Below, piece after piece: positions 50,860 through 63,706 of a DNA stretch of 64,000 bases (position 1 is the stretch's first letter; every line of letters starts with the position of its first letter). The notes under the pieces were generated by a model. That model ran no database searches. It was not told the DNA's origin and saw only the letters and a program-made list of their open reading frames with translations. Where the stretch lies: contig NC_134476.1 in NCBI RefSeq assembly GCF_964194025.1, forward strand, positions 56,110,001 to 56,174,000, written 5' to 3'. The DNA comes from Convolutriloba macropyga (Eukaryota). The position numbers were made by a program, and so were the translations under genes.

Positions 50860-53800
50860 AAAGAAATGGTTAACTTAAATATGATATGATTGCGTTGTTA
50901 TCTCAGATGGGAGGATTTGTCTTCAAAGAAGGAACAGCTTAATTTCGATCCGTACCAAAATCGGTTCTGCCATCGTGATAAAACCTCTAAGTCAGTACAT
51001 AGAGGTAAGTTTTTCAAAAAAAAATGTTCGACGCTCAAGCTTTGTTTTACCAGATGTCTCATTTTTTCTTCAATACCTATCAAACATCACGCCATTAAGT
51101 AGGCGACGAATTCAAAATTGAAACATGTCATTCACCTTGAAAACAATGCTTTTCAATATTTTTTGTATGCGCGTGACACTCAAGCTAAATCACCGAAATA
51201 CGTTGAGTGACACCAATCTTTTCAAGAGGTGAGTAATTTCAACCCACTTGCCAATGCTAACAATGAAAAAATTCGAAGGTCACAATCGAAGCCTTGGAAA
51301 GACATTGAAATCAACAATAGGCAAAAACTGTTTTCTTTGTAGCTTAGATTTTTTGTCAATAAGTTTCAAAGGAGTAGAAAAATGAGTTTAAAATCATATC
51401 ATGTACAATTATCACTTTTTGTTTACGCATCATAGTAAAAAAAAACACAATTTTGTAGCCTTCAGGAATTACTTTCCTTTTTCTGAATTTTTAAAAAGAG
51501 GGAAATTTGAATATTCTATTGAAAGAACCAAGAGGCAAATGAACGATCACTCGGGGGAGGGTGTGTGGCTGTAACAATTGGCATTGAAATTATTTAAAAA
51601 ATCGAACTCTTTTGAAATACATTTAGTTAGCACAGGTGGACACTTTCAAAGACCGTTTCATTGTTTCAAAATTTTTAATAAATAAATGAAAATATACGAC
51701 ATAAAAATTAACAGAAAGGAAGAGTTTCGTTTTTCTCAAAATTCATTATAAAGAACAATTACATCTGCTTTTTATTCGTACAAAACATTTTTTTCTGTAT
51801 CAAAAAGATTTTTGGGAAATTAAAGACTTCAGGCAATTTAGAGCTCTCACAAACTAAAAAAAAAAATCAAATTTGAACATGAGTCACTACAAACCGTTTT
51901 TTAAATTTCTACTGTTGTTTTGGAAGTTAATGCTTCTTTTTAATCAGAACTAACCTGAAAATTTAAAAAAAAATATCAAGAAACGATCATCAAATAAAAA
52001 AAGTTCAAAACTTAAATGAGGAAGGAAATCTTTTCTTAATTTTTTATGTATTTTTTCTGCTGTCAGAGCAAATGAATAAATCTATCATCTCTAATAATGA
52101 AAAAACGTTTGTAAAAATAGAATAATTGTGGAGTGTCAGAATTAAAAACTTCAAAACAAGTTCACAACTTTTTGAGTTTGAGAAAAAATATTTAACTTCT
52201 CTATATCTTGAAATTGCTCTTCGACAGGATCATTTCCAGTCTTTCGGGGTTTCTGTTAATTGAAACGTTCATTTCGTTATTGATTTCAAAACTCCTACCA
52301 AAAACAAAAAAAATTTCGAGCAAAAATGCAGTATTCATTTTTCTTCATCATAAAAATTATTTAACTTTTCTATTTCTTTAAAAAAAATCAAAAATAATTA
52401 GAAGAGGAAAAACATTAAAATTACTGATAACCAATATTCATTAAAATTATTATGTAAGAGAATTTACAAACAGTTTTCAACGTTCTTTTGCATGTTAATA
52501 ACAACTAGTGAGACAGCAAAATCTGTCAAAATAATTAAAGAGTTAGAAAAATAGTTAGGCTATTAAGTTTTGCAAAACATTGCGGTTTTTTAGGAAAAAC
52601 AGAATCAAAAGTGTGTTTATTAAGTCTAGCTGTTAACATGTTTGGTTAATTTTAAAAAAAAAACGAATGCGGGGTTTATGCTCATCCAACATTGAAATCA
52701 ACGAAAACTTTCAAAATAATTCACAAAACTTATTTCCACTTTTAGTGACAATTTTACCACTAAAGATGCAATCGTCTGAAAATGTCCGAACCCTAAATTT
52801 AAGCGAAAACAGTCGGGCCAAATATAAAAAATCACGACTTTTGAGTAAATTTTAGATGACAAACAAATTTAAAAGTTTTTTATCGGAACTGGTTTTGCAT
52901 TTGTTTGTTCTTGTTTGTGTGCAATTTTGTGAGAGTATTTATGAGTTCGCCTGTTTTTTATGCATGTGGTATATGCGTCTGATTAATGAGGGGAGTTAAA
53001 CACCAATAGACGCAGAGTCCGAAAGAAGTCGGAATAAGAAAAAGTGTGTTTCATAACAAAAACTCGCTGCTAAATTTTGCACTTCAGCGGAATTTTTAAA
53101 AGACTTCAGCGGAATTTTGAAAACCTAATTGTCTTGTTGTGCTCATGAGCAATCAAATTCAAAAAAATGCTAAAATTTTTTAAGAAAAAGATTAAATTAT
53201 TCGTAGGCTCAAAGAAACACAATAATGGTTGTTTGAAGATGATGTTATTGCGTGGTAAGCGCAAATGGAAGAAATTAAGTTCATTGGCTGCAATCTTTAC
53301 TTTTGATTTGTCCCAAAATATTTCCTGTCATCGTGGTAAAATTTTCAAGTCAGTACCGATAGTTAGCTTTTTTTTTAAATATTTCGAAGCCCAAGCTTTC
53401 TTACACTAAATGTTTATTTTCTTCTTTTGCACCCATCAAATTGTGTCAGGCGTTAATCAGTTAGCAAAATATTTTCGTAACATGACTCTGAGGCCCAAGG
53501 ATTTTTAGTACCCTTTTAATATGCATTCGACACTCGAGATTAAATTAGCTGATTTACGTTGAATTATAGAAGTCTGTACAAGAGATGTGTAGTTTTACCC
53601 CAGTTGTTAATGTTACCCATTATATAGTTAAAAAGTCAAGATGAAAACCGTTGAAAGACTTGAGAATGAAAACCACTTTCTGTCTGTCATATATTTTTAA
53701 AAATCATATATAATGAATAAGTAGACGTTTTAGTTTAACATCAGATTTTCTGCCAAATTGGAATTTTAGAAGTTTTTGCAGATTTTATTTTCGATAATGG

Positions 53801-55150
53801 AAATTACATATGCGAGGCTGAATTTTTTTTCAGTCAAATTTTCACTTTTTGTTTACGCATCGTAAAGAAGGAGAGACACGATGCGGTAGCCCTATGGATA
53901 TACTCTCCAATTTTATTCAATTACATCAGAAATCTTAAAAGGGGAGCCCTGAAGTTTTCTAATGCAAAATGCAGAGCGGAAAAAAACAATCATTCGGATT
54001 GTGGGCTTGTGGGGTATAACATTTGGCAATAAAAATTTAGATGCTAAAAAACAAATTCTTTTGTAATGCATTTAGATTGATAATTTATAATAAATCTTTA
54101 CCGTTTAACGCCTAAAGAAATAAATTAAAGTAAGAAACAAAAATTTTCCAAAACAGATTAATAGTTTCGTTTTTTCTCAAAATTTTGCTGACAAAAAAAA
54201 TTATGTCAGTGTTTCTGCTTGTACGAATCAGTTTTTGCTCTGTATCAAAGAGATTTTCGGGAAAAAAGACTTCGGGAATAACGGCAATTTAGAGCCCTCA
54301 AAAAAAGTAATAAACTTTGAAAATGTGAAACTAAAACAAGAAAATTGTATTTGTTTCTGATTTCAAGAGTTATTTTTGCAAACAATTCTACTCCTTTAAT
54401 CAGAACTAACCAGAAACGTAAAAAAACAGTATATAGATATGTACATCAATTCAACATATTTTTTACAGAAAAAAGAAAGAAATTTTTTCTTTTGTTTTTA
54501 TTCTCTTTAAAGTCACAGCTGAAGATTCGATTTTTTTTCTAGTTTGATAACAAAAATGACTAATTTGAAATTTAATTGTCAGGATGAAAAAATTAATAAA
54601 TGTTTCTAGTTTTTTGAAATTCAGAAAAATCTAAACCACTTCTCTTAATTATGAACAAGCTGTTGGACCTGGTCTTTCCCAGACGCCGGGAGTTTTTTTT
54701 TAATTGAAGTACTAAATTCTTTATTGATTCCTCCACAAATTAGAAACAAATTTTTTTGAACAATATTGAAGTAATTTTCATCTAGTTTTCAGTTCCCATA
54801 AAACTTGTTTAATTTTCTTAATTATTTAAAATTTTAAATACATCTAAAATGGACTGAGACCAATATATTCAATTTACTGATGACAATGTTCATCAAGGTA
54901 TTAAATAGAAGGCTTTAAGAGTATTTTTAAACGTTCCAGTACATTTTGAAAACAACAAGAGGCTGAGAGCAAAGCTGTCAAAAGTGGTCAAAATTTAGTA
55001 AATTACTTAGTTCATAGAATTTGGCAACAAATAGTTTTTTTTAAAAATAGAACCAAAATTGTACCTATTATGTCTAGCTGTTGACATGTCTGTGTAGTTT
55101 TCAAAAAAAACGAAAGGTTGGTTAATGCTCATTGAAAATAAAATTCAGCA
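50860..55150. repeat. Old tandem duplication, period ~2.35-2.45 kb, diverged
   Basis: Colinear shared blocks: CATCGTG.TAAAA..AAGTCAGTAC (~50970/53330), TCACTTTTTGTTTACGCATC (~51412/53842), TTTAATCAGAACTAACC (~51940/54395), GTCTAGCTGTT.ACATGT (~52624/55072). Confidence 0.75.
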
Positions 55151-55332
55151 AAGATTTTCAAAATATTTTAAAAAATATATTTCAAACAATCAGGCCAATT
55201 ATACATTGTGACAATTTTTGCGTGTTTATTTGATTCCATAAAATAGTTTTAATGGCGGGGTTTTTAAGTTTGTTTTAGATTTTTTTTTAAATTTATTTTT
55301 TAATGTTTAAAATAGTTTAAATAATTTTAATT

Positions 55333-57800
55333 GTCAGCGGCGCGAAACAAGATCTGTTTGAACAGAAAAAGCGCTCAAAAAACCTGGTGACCCCTGGGAC
55401 AGAGCCAGACAGCGAAAACACTGAAGCATCTGACAATCGTCCTGCTTCCGAAATTTCAGAACCTCTGAAATTGAATATGAAATTTGAATGTCCAAGAATT
55501 GGCAAACAAATACAGAAGGCAAAAAGCTGCTTCGAATAAAGTGCAAGAGATAAAATGAGATGCTAATTTATGGAGAAAGCGAAGGGGTTAAAAGAAAATG
55601 AACGATATCAGTACGTTTCTATACAATGCGGTCTAACAAAAACCGAGCACAAAATTAGAAAGAAAATGGTGCCAGAATTAAAAGAGAAAAGACTGCTGAA
55701 CCCTTCCACCAAGTACAAATTTTAAAAATCAAATAGTTGAAGGAGGATCATGACTAACCATTTAGTTATTAATCGTGTAAGGTGCTAAGCAAACAATCTT
55801 TACATGAACAAGTGACGCGTGACGCAATCGCATACGATAACTTACTTTAATAGAAACATTCAGTGTAATTTCAGTTAAAATACCTGGTTTGAAACAACTC
55901 TGCACGAGTGCAAAAAAACCTGGAAGGGCGGCCTTAATTCATTATCAGTTGCACTGAGCAAAAAATCGAGATTTACATGCAACGTTTTTCATCAGAACGA
56001 TAAATTATTAGCACTATAGATAAAAGAACTCTGCCTAATTATAATTGTCGCTTGTTTCCCACAAAAAACCAATTTAGAGACAATATATCAAGCACTTCAA
56101 TGTCTTCAAGGCAAAGCACGTGTCATCATTGGCGGCGATTTTAATTGCTGACTCGCCTCAACGTAAAACACAACTCACTCTGCAAACTTTTAACTATCTG
56201 GAATTTTCATTGTAATGAGGTAGGAATTTCAGCACCGTTAAAGCGTCATGGGTTTCGTTTTTGTAAGTGTGGAAATCTTAGAAAATTTGAACGAGAAAAG
56301 GAACTTCAATTCAATCTTAACAAATTACAAAAATTTTTCTTGCTGCTTCGACCTAAAAGGCATACAAGGTATAGCTGAAGGCAGAAAGAAGCAAGTTGGT
56401 AAATTCAATGTTTTTCAAAATTCTCACGGTAGCAGCACAAAAGACAAGTTGTGTGTCAGTTTCGCCAAGGTTATTCGTGAATCGGCAATCATTCTGCGGG
56501 AAAAATATCAACAAAAGGGTTCAAAAGTGAACTGTACTTATTGCATAATCAGTTGAAAGCTGGCTACAAAGAGAGACAAAGAGCAAACTCTAAGTTTTTT
56601 AACTTGAAAAATACTCTGCAAAACTTTGCCGAAAACCATATATGATGCGTTAATTAGATCTGGAAAATTTCCTCAGAAAAACAGAGTCGGAAAGGAGAGA
56701 TTTTTGGAAAATTCTGAAATAAAAAAAAAGTTTAACCAAAGTATGCAGAATTACAATTCCAACTTGGGAATCATATTTCCAAGGTTTTGAAAATTGAGTG
56801 CGAAATATCGGATATAAATTTAGACGATCAGAGCTAAAAAAACCACAATTATTTTTTTCAAACTCGTAACGTATCGAACATTTGAATGCTCCAATAACAC
56901 TGGAAGATACTACAGAGGAAATTCTAAAATGAACAGCGGGACCTGATGCAATAACAAAAAATTGTACTAAATTAGGTTTTCAGCAAATGGAAAGATACTT
57001 AATACATTTATTTTGACCTCTAATTTGCGGAGCATAATGTACCTCGAGTTTAGAAGTAATCTTATATTGGATCTTTTCCGTTTGTGCCCCCCCCCCCCAG
57101 CTTAGTGGGTGCATATTATTTGCGCCCCCAGAAGCAAGTGTTATATTTTTACATAAAGATCTATCATGTAATGACTCGTGCTCGGCAATTGGGGGCGCAA
57201 ACATAGCGTACTGGGGGCACAAACGGAAACGATCCCTTATATTAAACCCCTTAATAAGAGTAAATGGAGCAAAACAGAGCCAAACTCCTACAGAGGCATT
57301 ACGTTGCATGTGCAAAATTGTACAAGGGTGCCATTTACCAGCGCTTGCTAACATGGATCGAGGGAAGTCTAATTTTTTTCACCGAGCCAAGTTGTTTCCC
57401 GACGTAAACTGTCAACAGTCGACGCAGTTAAAATCTATAAAAAATGCAGTCAAGCACTACATCAGCTGAAATGATTAATACTATGCCGGCTTCATTGACA
57501 ACGAAAAAGCAATAGACTTCGTACTTAGGAACCTGTTGCTTACAAAACTGATAAAACTGGGGCTCCGCGGGAACTTGCTAAGCAAAATACAAGCAGTGCT
57601 AAAAGTTAATTTCAAGCAGATCCTTGATGGAGAATTCCTGTCAAATGATATTGAACAGAAAACTGGATTAGCCCAAGTAGTAAACTCACCTTTTGTTTAG
57701 TTTGTTTATAGCTGATTTATATTTGGAGTTGAAATGCAGGGGGCTAGATGTCATATTTTACGCTGATGACCTGGTACTTTGAAAACATAGCAAATGCCAA
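55333..57800 (+). mobile_element. Decayed RTE/RTEX-like LINE, copy a (plus strand)
   Basis: Inverse homolog of 59600-61000 (ORF1 end, endonuclease with IIGGDFN, RT ..FYADDL at ~57755); many frameshifts. Confidence 0.8.
57069..57235. mobile_element. MITE 1 (167 bp) with GG...CC TIRs and 8-bp TSD
   Basis: TIRs GGATCTTTTCCGTTTGTGCCCCC / GGGGGCACAAACGGAAACGATCC; TSD CTTATATT at 57061-57068 and 57236-57243; inner inverted repeat TTTGCGCCCCCA / TGGGGGCGCAAA. Confidence 0.9.
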
Positions 57801-57805
57801 CTACG

Positions 57806-58740
57806 AAGAAGATTGAATTAACCATCAATTCATATTGACAAATTGTCGAAAATTAATTACAGTCATCAAAAACAAACATTAAATTAATCATTCAAGTTTT
57901 TTGAATTTTTGGATCTATTCTGATCCGCCCCCCCCCCCCCAGCTTAGTGAACATAAATTTTCTATGACCCCCCGGCGCACGTGCTATTTTCTTACATAGT
58001 AACGTGCTATATAACAACATATAATTTGTAACTGGGGTCATAGAAAACACTGGAGGCCAAAACAGAATAAAACCGAATTTTTGTAAAGGTGACAGAGGTA
58101 AAAACTGTCTACAATAAAGACAATTTGATTGGCTGATAGAAGAGTTCTTTCGCGAAAACTACACATCAATTTTCCTCCCATCAGTAACAACCTTCTGTAC
58201 GACAAAAAGTATTGTGCAGTCCATCGAACTTTGCAATTATTCTGTGTTTTGGCGGGCAGTCTTTTACTCCGTGTATATCTGGAAACATCTATTTATTTAA
58301 TAACGTTGTGCTTGAGGTGTACTTGCTCACTTCGCACCAATTTATCAAAACAATTTCTATTTTTCGATAATAGTTTTATATCGGTTTTAAAAAGTTCATT
58401 GACGTACGTGTCTAGTCCGTAGGTTGAGGCTGAAGAAATGATTCAATTGAAAAGTTGTTGAGCTGAAGTTGACTTTTCGCAGAATAAGTTTTTGGTTGAT
58501 TGAAGCTGCTGACTGATAAGCCTAATCTATTAGGTGCTTCAAATGATGACTGGGGGATAGCGTGCTTGAGAATTTTACACAAAGATATCAGAAGGAGTTA
58601 GTAAACATCTCTATTCCTTATATTGAAACCTTCATCGAATGTTAAACTCTTCTGAATTTTATGCAACTTGTCTTGTTTATATTGTTTTTCAAATAGTTCC
58701 TGCTAAAATACGTGTTCAGATTCTTCAAACTTTGTTTGTA
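57806..58740 (-). mobile_element. 3' fragment of the same LINE family, copy b
   Basis: Shares the 3' end GAAGAAGATTGAATTAA..CA..TGACAAATTGTC and colinear body with 58845-59650 and 61322-62130. Confidence 0.75.
57911..58074. mobile_element. MITE 2 (164 bp), related to MITE 1, 8-bp TSD
   Basis: Ends GGATCTATTCTG.. / ..CAGAATAAAACC; TSD GAATTTTT at 57903-57910 and 58075-58082; inner inverted repeat TTTTCTATGACCCC / GGGGTCATAGAAAA. Confidence 0.88.
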
Positions 58741-58844
58741 GATTTCGCGAAAGAGTTCATTAGCAAAATGTATACACACATTTTCCTCCCAAAATTTTCT
58801 CTGTTTGGGTTGAACGTCGTCCAAATCTTTTAAATTTAAAAAGA

Positions 58845-61300
58845 TGAAGATTGAATTAAGCATCAGATCACACTGACAAGTTTTCCAAATTATTTACAGA
58901 TTCAAAAAATAAACATTAAATTTAATTTTGTAACAGTTTATAGAATTTTTGTAAAGATGTCAAGTTTAGAAAGTGACTACAATAAAGAATATGGTCGATT
59001 GATGAAAGAGTTCTTTCGCAAAGTCTGCACACACGCATAGGTTTTCACATAGGTTTCACACATTGGTAACAACCTTCCATACAGCAAAAATTATTGTGCA
59101 GTCCATTGGCATAGATTTTGGCAATTATTCTCCGGTGTTTTGGCGGGCAGTCTTTTAATCCATGTATATCATGAATCATCAATTTGTTTAAAAAGCATTG
59201 TTGTTGATTTGTATTTGCTTACTCCGCACCAACTTTTCCAAAAACGGCTTCTATTTTGCTGTAATGTTGTTTTATTTCGATTTCAAAAAGTTCATCGAAG
59301 TACGTCTCTAATCCGTAAATTGAGACTGGAAAACCAATTGAATTGAAGAGTTGTTGTGCTGAGTTGAAGTTGACCTTCTGTAGATTTAGTTTTTGGTTTA
59401 TTGAAGCTGCTGACTGATAAGCTTTGTTCATTAAATGCTTTAGATGATGACTGGGAGATAACCTGCTTGAAAATATGACACCTAGATAACAAAAGGTGTT
59501 AGTAAATTCGACTTCTTATTTCGATATATAGAATTTTTCATCAATAGCTAGACGGCCACTTCTTCTAAATTTTATGCATTTTGTTTTGTTTACATTAATT
59601 TTCAAATAGTTCCTGTTACAATACGTGTTCAGATTATTCAAACTTTGTTGTAGTTGGCATTGGCTATGGCTCCCAAGTACTAAGTAATCAGCGTAAAATA
59701 TAACATCTAGAGCCTTGCATTTCAACTTAAAATATAAGTCAGCTATGAATAAACTAAATAAGAGTGGTGAGAGTTTGTCTCCTTGTGCTACTCCTGATTT
59801 CTGTTCAATCTCATTTGACAAGAATTCTCCATCAAGGATCTGCTGGAAGTTGCATTTTAGCACTGATTGTATTGTGTGTAGCATCTTCCCATGGAGCCCA
59901 TTTTTTATCAGTTTTGTAAGCTGCAGGTTCCTATTAACGAAATCGAAAGCTTTTTCGTAGTCAATGAAGCAGGCATAGTATTTGCCATTGCAGCTCAAGT
60001 TATGCTTGATTGAAAGTTTTTTTTTCAAGTGCGAAAATGCCTCGATTGTGGACAGTTTGCGTCTGAAACCATATTGACTTGATGGTAAAATTCGATTTCG
60101 CTCGACCCATATTTGCAAACGCTGGTAAATGATACCCGTAGACAAATTGTACATGCAATAAAACAGACTAATGCCTCTGTAGGATTTTGGTTCTGTTTTG
60201 CTCCCTTTGCCTTTGTAGTGGTTTAATATATGATAACTTCCAAATTCGGTAAGTGCTTGATATATTGTCTCTAAAGCGGTTTTTGGTGTAAAATATGCTA
60301 CAATTTTAATTAGACTGAATTCTTTGATCTCCACTGCTAATAACTTATTGTTCTGATGAAGAACAATGCATGTAATTCTTAATTGTTTACTCAGTGCAAT
60401 TGCTAAGCCGCTTTGCGCCTGCCGCTTCCCGTTTTTTTGCCTTTGTGCAGAAGCATGTGAAACCAGGGATTTCAACTGAATTTAAACTGAATGTTTCTGT
60501 TAAAAGTAAGATATCGTATGCAATTGCTTCACTGGTGCACGTTGAGAATGTCCCCTTAGCACCTTCCACGTTTCATAAACAAATTGTTAGTCAAGATCCT
60601 GTTTTCAACAATTTGATTCCCTTTAATTTTGTACTTGGTGGAAGGATTCAGCAGTCTTTTCTCTTTCAATTCTGCTACCATTTTCGTTCTATTTTCTCGT
60701 TTGGTTTTTGTTAGATGGGGTTGTATAAAACCGTACTTGAATCGTTCGTTTTCTTTTAAGTTCTTTGCTTTCTTTAGAAGGTCCCATTTCATTTTTTCTA
60801 TCTCGCACTTTATTCGAAGCAGCTGTCTGCCTTCTGTGTTTTGTTTGCAATTCTTTGACATTCAAATTTTTTCTTTACTTTCAGGGACGATTGTCAGATG
60901 CTTCAGTGTTCTCGCTGTCAAGCTTTGTCCCGAGAAGAACCAGGTTCTTTGAGCACTTTTTCTGTTCAAACTGTTCTTGTTTTACGCCACTGACTTCTTC
61001 GGCTAAGCTCAGCTTCGATGGGACTGCATTAGATATGGACTGGTTTGTCTCTTTCATCTTATCTAGGGACTGGGTTACTTCTAGTTTTTCTGAGGACTTC
61101 TCGTAGCTTTCTATTTGCTTCTTCGGCTTCTTAATTTCTTTGGCTGCACAGAAACCGCAAGTGAAATCTAACAATTCCGTTTGTGCTTTCATTTCTAGAG
61201 TGTACACGCGGATATCGGTCCACATTCCGCAGTCATTTTGACATTCTACTGTTACGTGATAGCCTTTATTCGCCGGCATTTGCGCCTATGGAACTGATAA
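58845..61300 (-). mobile_element. RTE/RTEX-like LINE, copy c: PHD-type ORF1, endonuclease and RT with an internal deletion
   Basis: ORF1 CQNDCGMW..FTCGFC (60881-61279); endonuclease LTETF; RT SYRGISL, QYGFR, FIDYEKAFD, GVAQGDKLSPLLF, YADY (59516-60475); endonuclease fused directly to RT near 60240. Confidence 0.85.
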
Positions 61301-61321
61301 TTTCGATTTATTTATGATGTA

Positions 61322-62417
61322 GAAGAAGAAGATTGAATTAAACATCAGATCACACTGACAAATTGTCCAAATTATTTACAGATTCAGAAATGAGCATTAA
61401 ATTTAACTGTTTAAGAGTTTAAAGAACTTCTGTCGAGGTGTCAAATTTAAAAAGTGACTACAATAAAGATTATGGTCTGTTGATAAGAGTTCTTTCGCAA
61501 AATCTGCACACACATAAGTTTTCCTCCCAATGATAACAACCTTCCATACAACAATTATTGTTCAGTCCATTGGCATAGAACTTTGCAATTATTCTCCTGT
61601 GTTTTGGCGGGCAGTCCTTCAGTCCGTGTATATCATGAAACATCAATTTGTTTAAAAGAGTTGTGGTTGAGGTGTACTTGCTTACTCCGCACCAACTTTT
61701 CCAAAAAACGGCTTCTGATTTCCGGTAATGTTGTTTTATATCTATTTTGAAAATATTCTATATACTTCGATTTCAAAAAGTTCATCGAAGTACGTCTCTA
61801 ATCCGTAAATTGAGACTGGAAAACCAATTGAATTGAAGAGTTGTTGTGCTGAGTTGAAGTTGACCTTCTGTAGATTTAGTTTTTGGTTTATTGAAGCTGC
61901 TGACTGATAAGCTTTGTTCATTAAATGCTTTAGATGATGACTGGGAGATAACCTGCTTGAAAATATGACACCTAGATAACAAAAGGTGTTAGTAAATTCG
62001 ACTTCTTATTTCGATACATAGAATTTGTCATCGACAGCTAAACGGCCACCTCTTCTAAATTTCATGCATTTTGTCTTGTTCACATTAATTTTCAAATAAT
62101 TCCTGCTACAATACGTGTTCAGATTATTCAAACTTTTTTGTAGTTGGCCTTGGCTATGGCTCCCAAGTACTAAGTCATCAGCGTAACATATAACATCTAG
62201 ACCCTTGCATTTCAACTCAAAATATAAATCAGCTATGAATAAACTAAACAAGAGTGGTGAGAGTTTGTCTCCTTGTGCTACTCCTGTTTTCTGTTCAATC
62301 TCGTTTGACAGGAATTCTCCATCAAGGATCTGCAGAAAGTTGCATTTTAGCACTGATTGTATTGTGTGTAGAATGTTCCCATGGAGCCCCATTTTGATCA
62401 GTTTTGTAAGCAGCAGG
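61322..62417 (-). mobile_element. 5'-truncated copy d of the same LINE family
   Basis: GVAQGDKLSPLLF..YADDL (62006-62455); near-identical to copy c at offset 2490; (CTT)n-like 3' end at ~61322. Confidence 0.85.
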
Positions 62418-62420
62418 CTT

Positions 62421-62526
62421 ATGATATTACTGTACCCAAGTTCAGTTTCGCCCAAGTTCAGTTTCGCCCAAGTTCGCCCATTTTTGATGTTACTTTACCC
62501 AAGTTCAGTTTCGCCCAAGTTCAGTT
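62421..62526. repeat. 17-bp tandem repeat (CCCAAGTTCAGTTTCGC-type) in two blocks
   Basis: CCCAAGTTC occurs 5 times; both blocks are preceded by TGAT(A/G)TTACT(G/T)TA. Confidence 0.85.
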
Positions 62527-62718
62527 AAAATTGTGTTTGTCTATACGAAAATTCGAAAGCGATTTTTGGGCAATGGTTGTCATGATTGTTGTTATAAATT
62601 TTTTCCAACTCTATTTTACACACTTGTATTTCTTATTCTCCTGATTCTTCAATTGTAGATTCTAATGTTTTATCGGTGAAGTTGATCACGTCGCTTCATT
62701 AATAAATTTGCGCTTATA

Positions 62719-63424
62719 ATGGGCCAAGCACTTGCTAGGGCTGCAGAATGGACATCAGCTGCTTCAGGAGGTAGAGGAAAACTCGCCTTGACTCCTATAA
62801 ATGAGAAGCTCATCCGAGAAATCGTCGAATTCACGGAGGCAATTCCATCTCGACACTCAGAATGTGGGAGCATAGAGTTTCAAAAACCAATTGTGTATAG
62901 CTCTTATCTGGATGCTAGTGTTTTCGGTGGTTCAGGGTATTTTTCTTTTTGTTTGTTTGTTTTGTTCTCGTATATTTTCATTAAAAGAGTCATGTTTCAG
63001 TGGTTCATTCGAATCATCTGAGAAGTCGAAAGATGGCAGTGCTTCACTTCTATCAGTTATGGGAGGAAAAATCAGCATTGGCTCGCTGCCTATGCTGTTG
63101 AAAGTGCTGCAGTCTTCCGGCGACAGTAAGATGAAAGAGGCTCGGCTAATTTTGGAAGGTTGTTGTTGCTTCAAAAGTGTACTGTGATATGGTACTTGCA
63201 TTCATTAAGCTCAAATTTGTTTGTGCAGAAAATTCAGATCCGGCGGCCAATATTTTGGGAGCCACATACGCAACTACTGGAGGGGATGATAATACCCTTG
63301 CCAGGTTAATTGAGCAATCTAAAACTGACGAAGATGAAAGTCAAAGGGCAATTCTCAGACTTTACATTGCATTCAACAACTTAGACATGGAGCTGATGAA
63401 AGTATCATTGCAAGAATTTTCACA
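62719..63424 (+). CDS. Protein-coding gene of unrecognised family, exons 1-3 (62719-62936, 63001-63158, 63229-63424); 3' end not found
   Basis: ATG at 62719; introns of 64 nt (GG|gtattt..tttcag|T, phase 2) and 70 nt (G|gttgtt..tgtgcag|AA, phase 1) join three open frames in phase; third donor CA|gtaagt; exons are more GC-rich than introns. Confidence 0.8.
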
Positions 63425-63613
63425 GTAAGTCAGTTCACCAATTTTTCACTGATAGCCTTATTCTTTCATTTACTGGGCACCCAACCCAAATTCAAATCAA
63501 TTTCCTCTTAGCAATTGTTACTACTGTTCTTAGATGTAAAATAAGCAGGGAAAATTTTCTGTGCTCCAAATTTCTTCTCTGGTTTTCATCATATTTCGCA
63601 GCTTTGAATCTTC

Positions 63614-63706
63614 GGGTCTTTCCCATTATAGCCCCCCCCCCCCCCCCCCCCCCGCCCCCAAGCATGGTAATTATACCATAATGGGGGGCTATAATGGGAA
63701 AGACCC
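63614..63706. mobile_element. MITE 3 (93 bp), perfect TIRs, 8-bp TSD
   Basis: TIRs GGGTCTTTCCCATTATAGCCCCCC / GGGGGGCTATAATGGGAAAGACCC; TSD GAATCTTC at 63606-63613 and 63707-63714. Confidence 0.92.
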
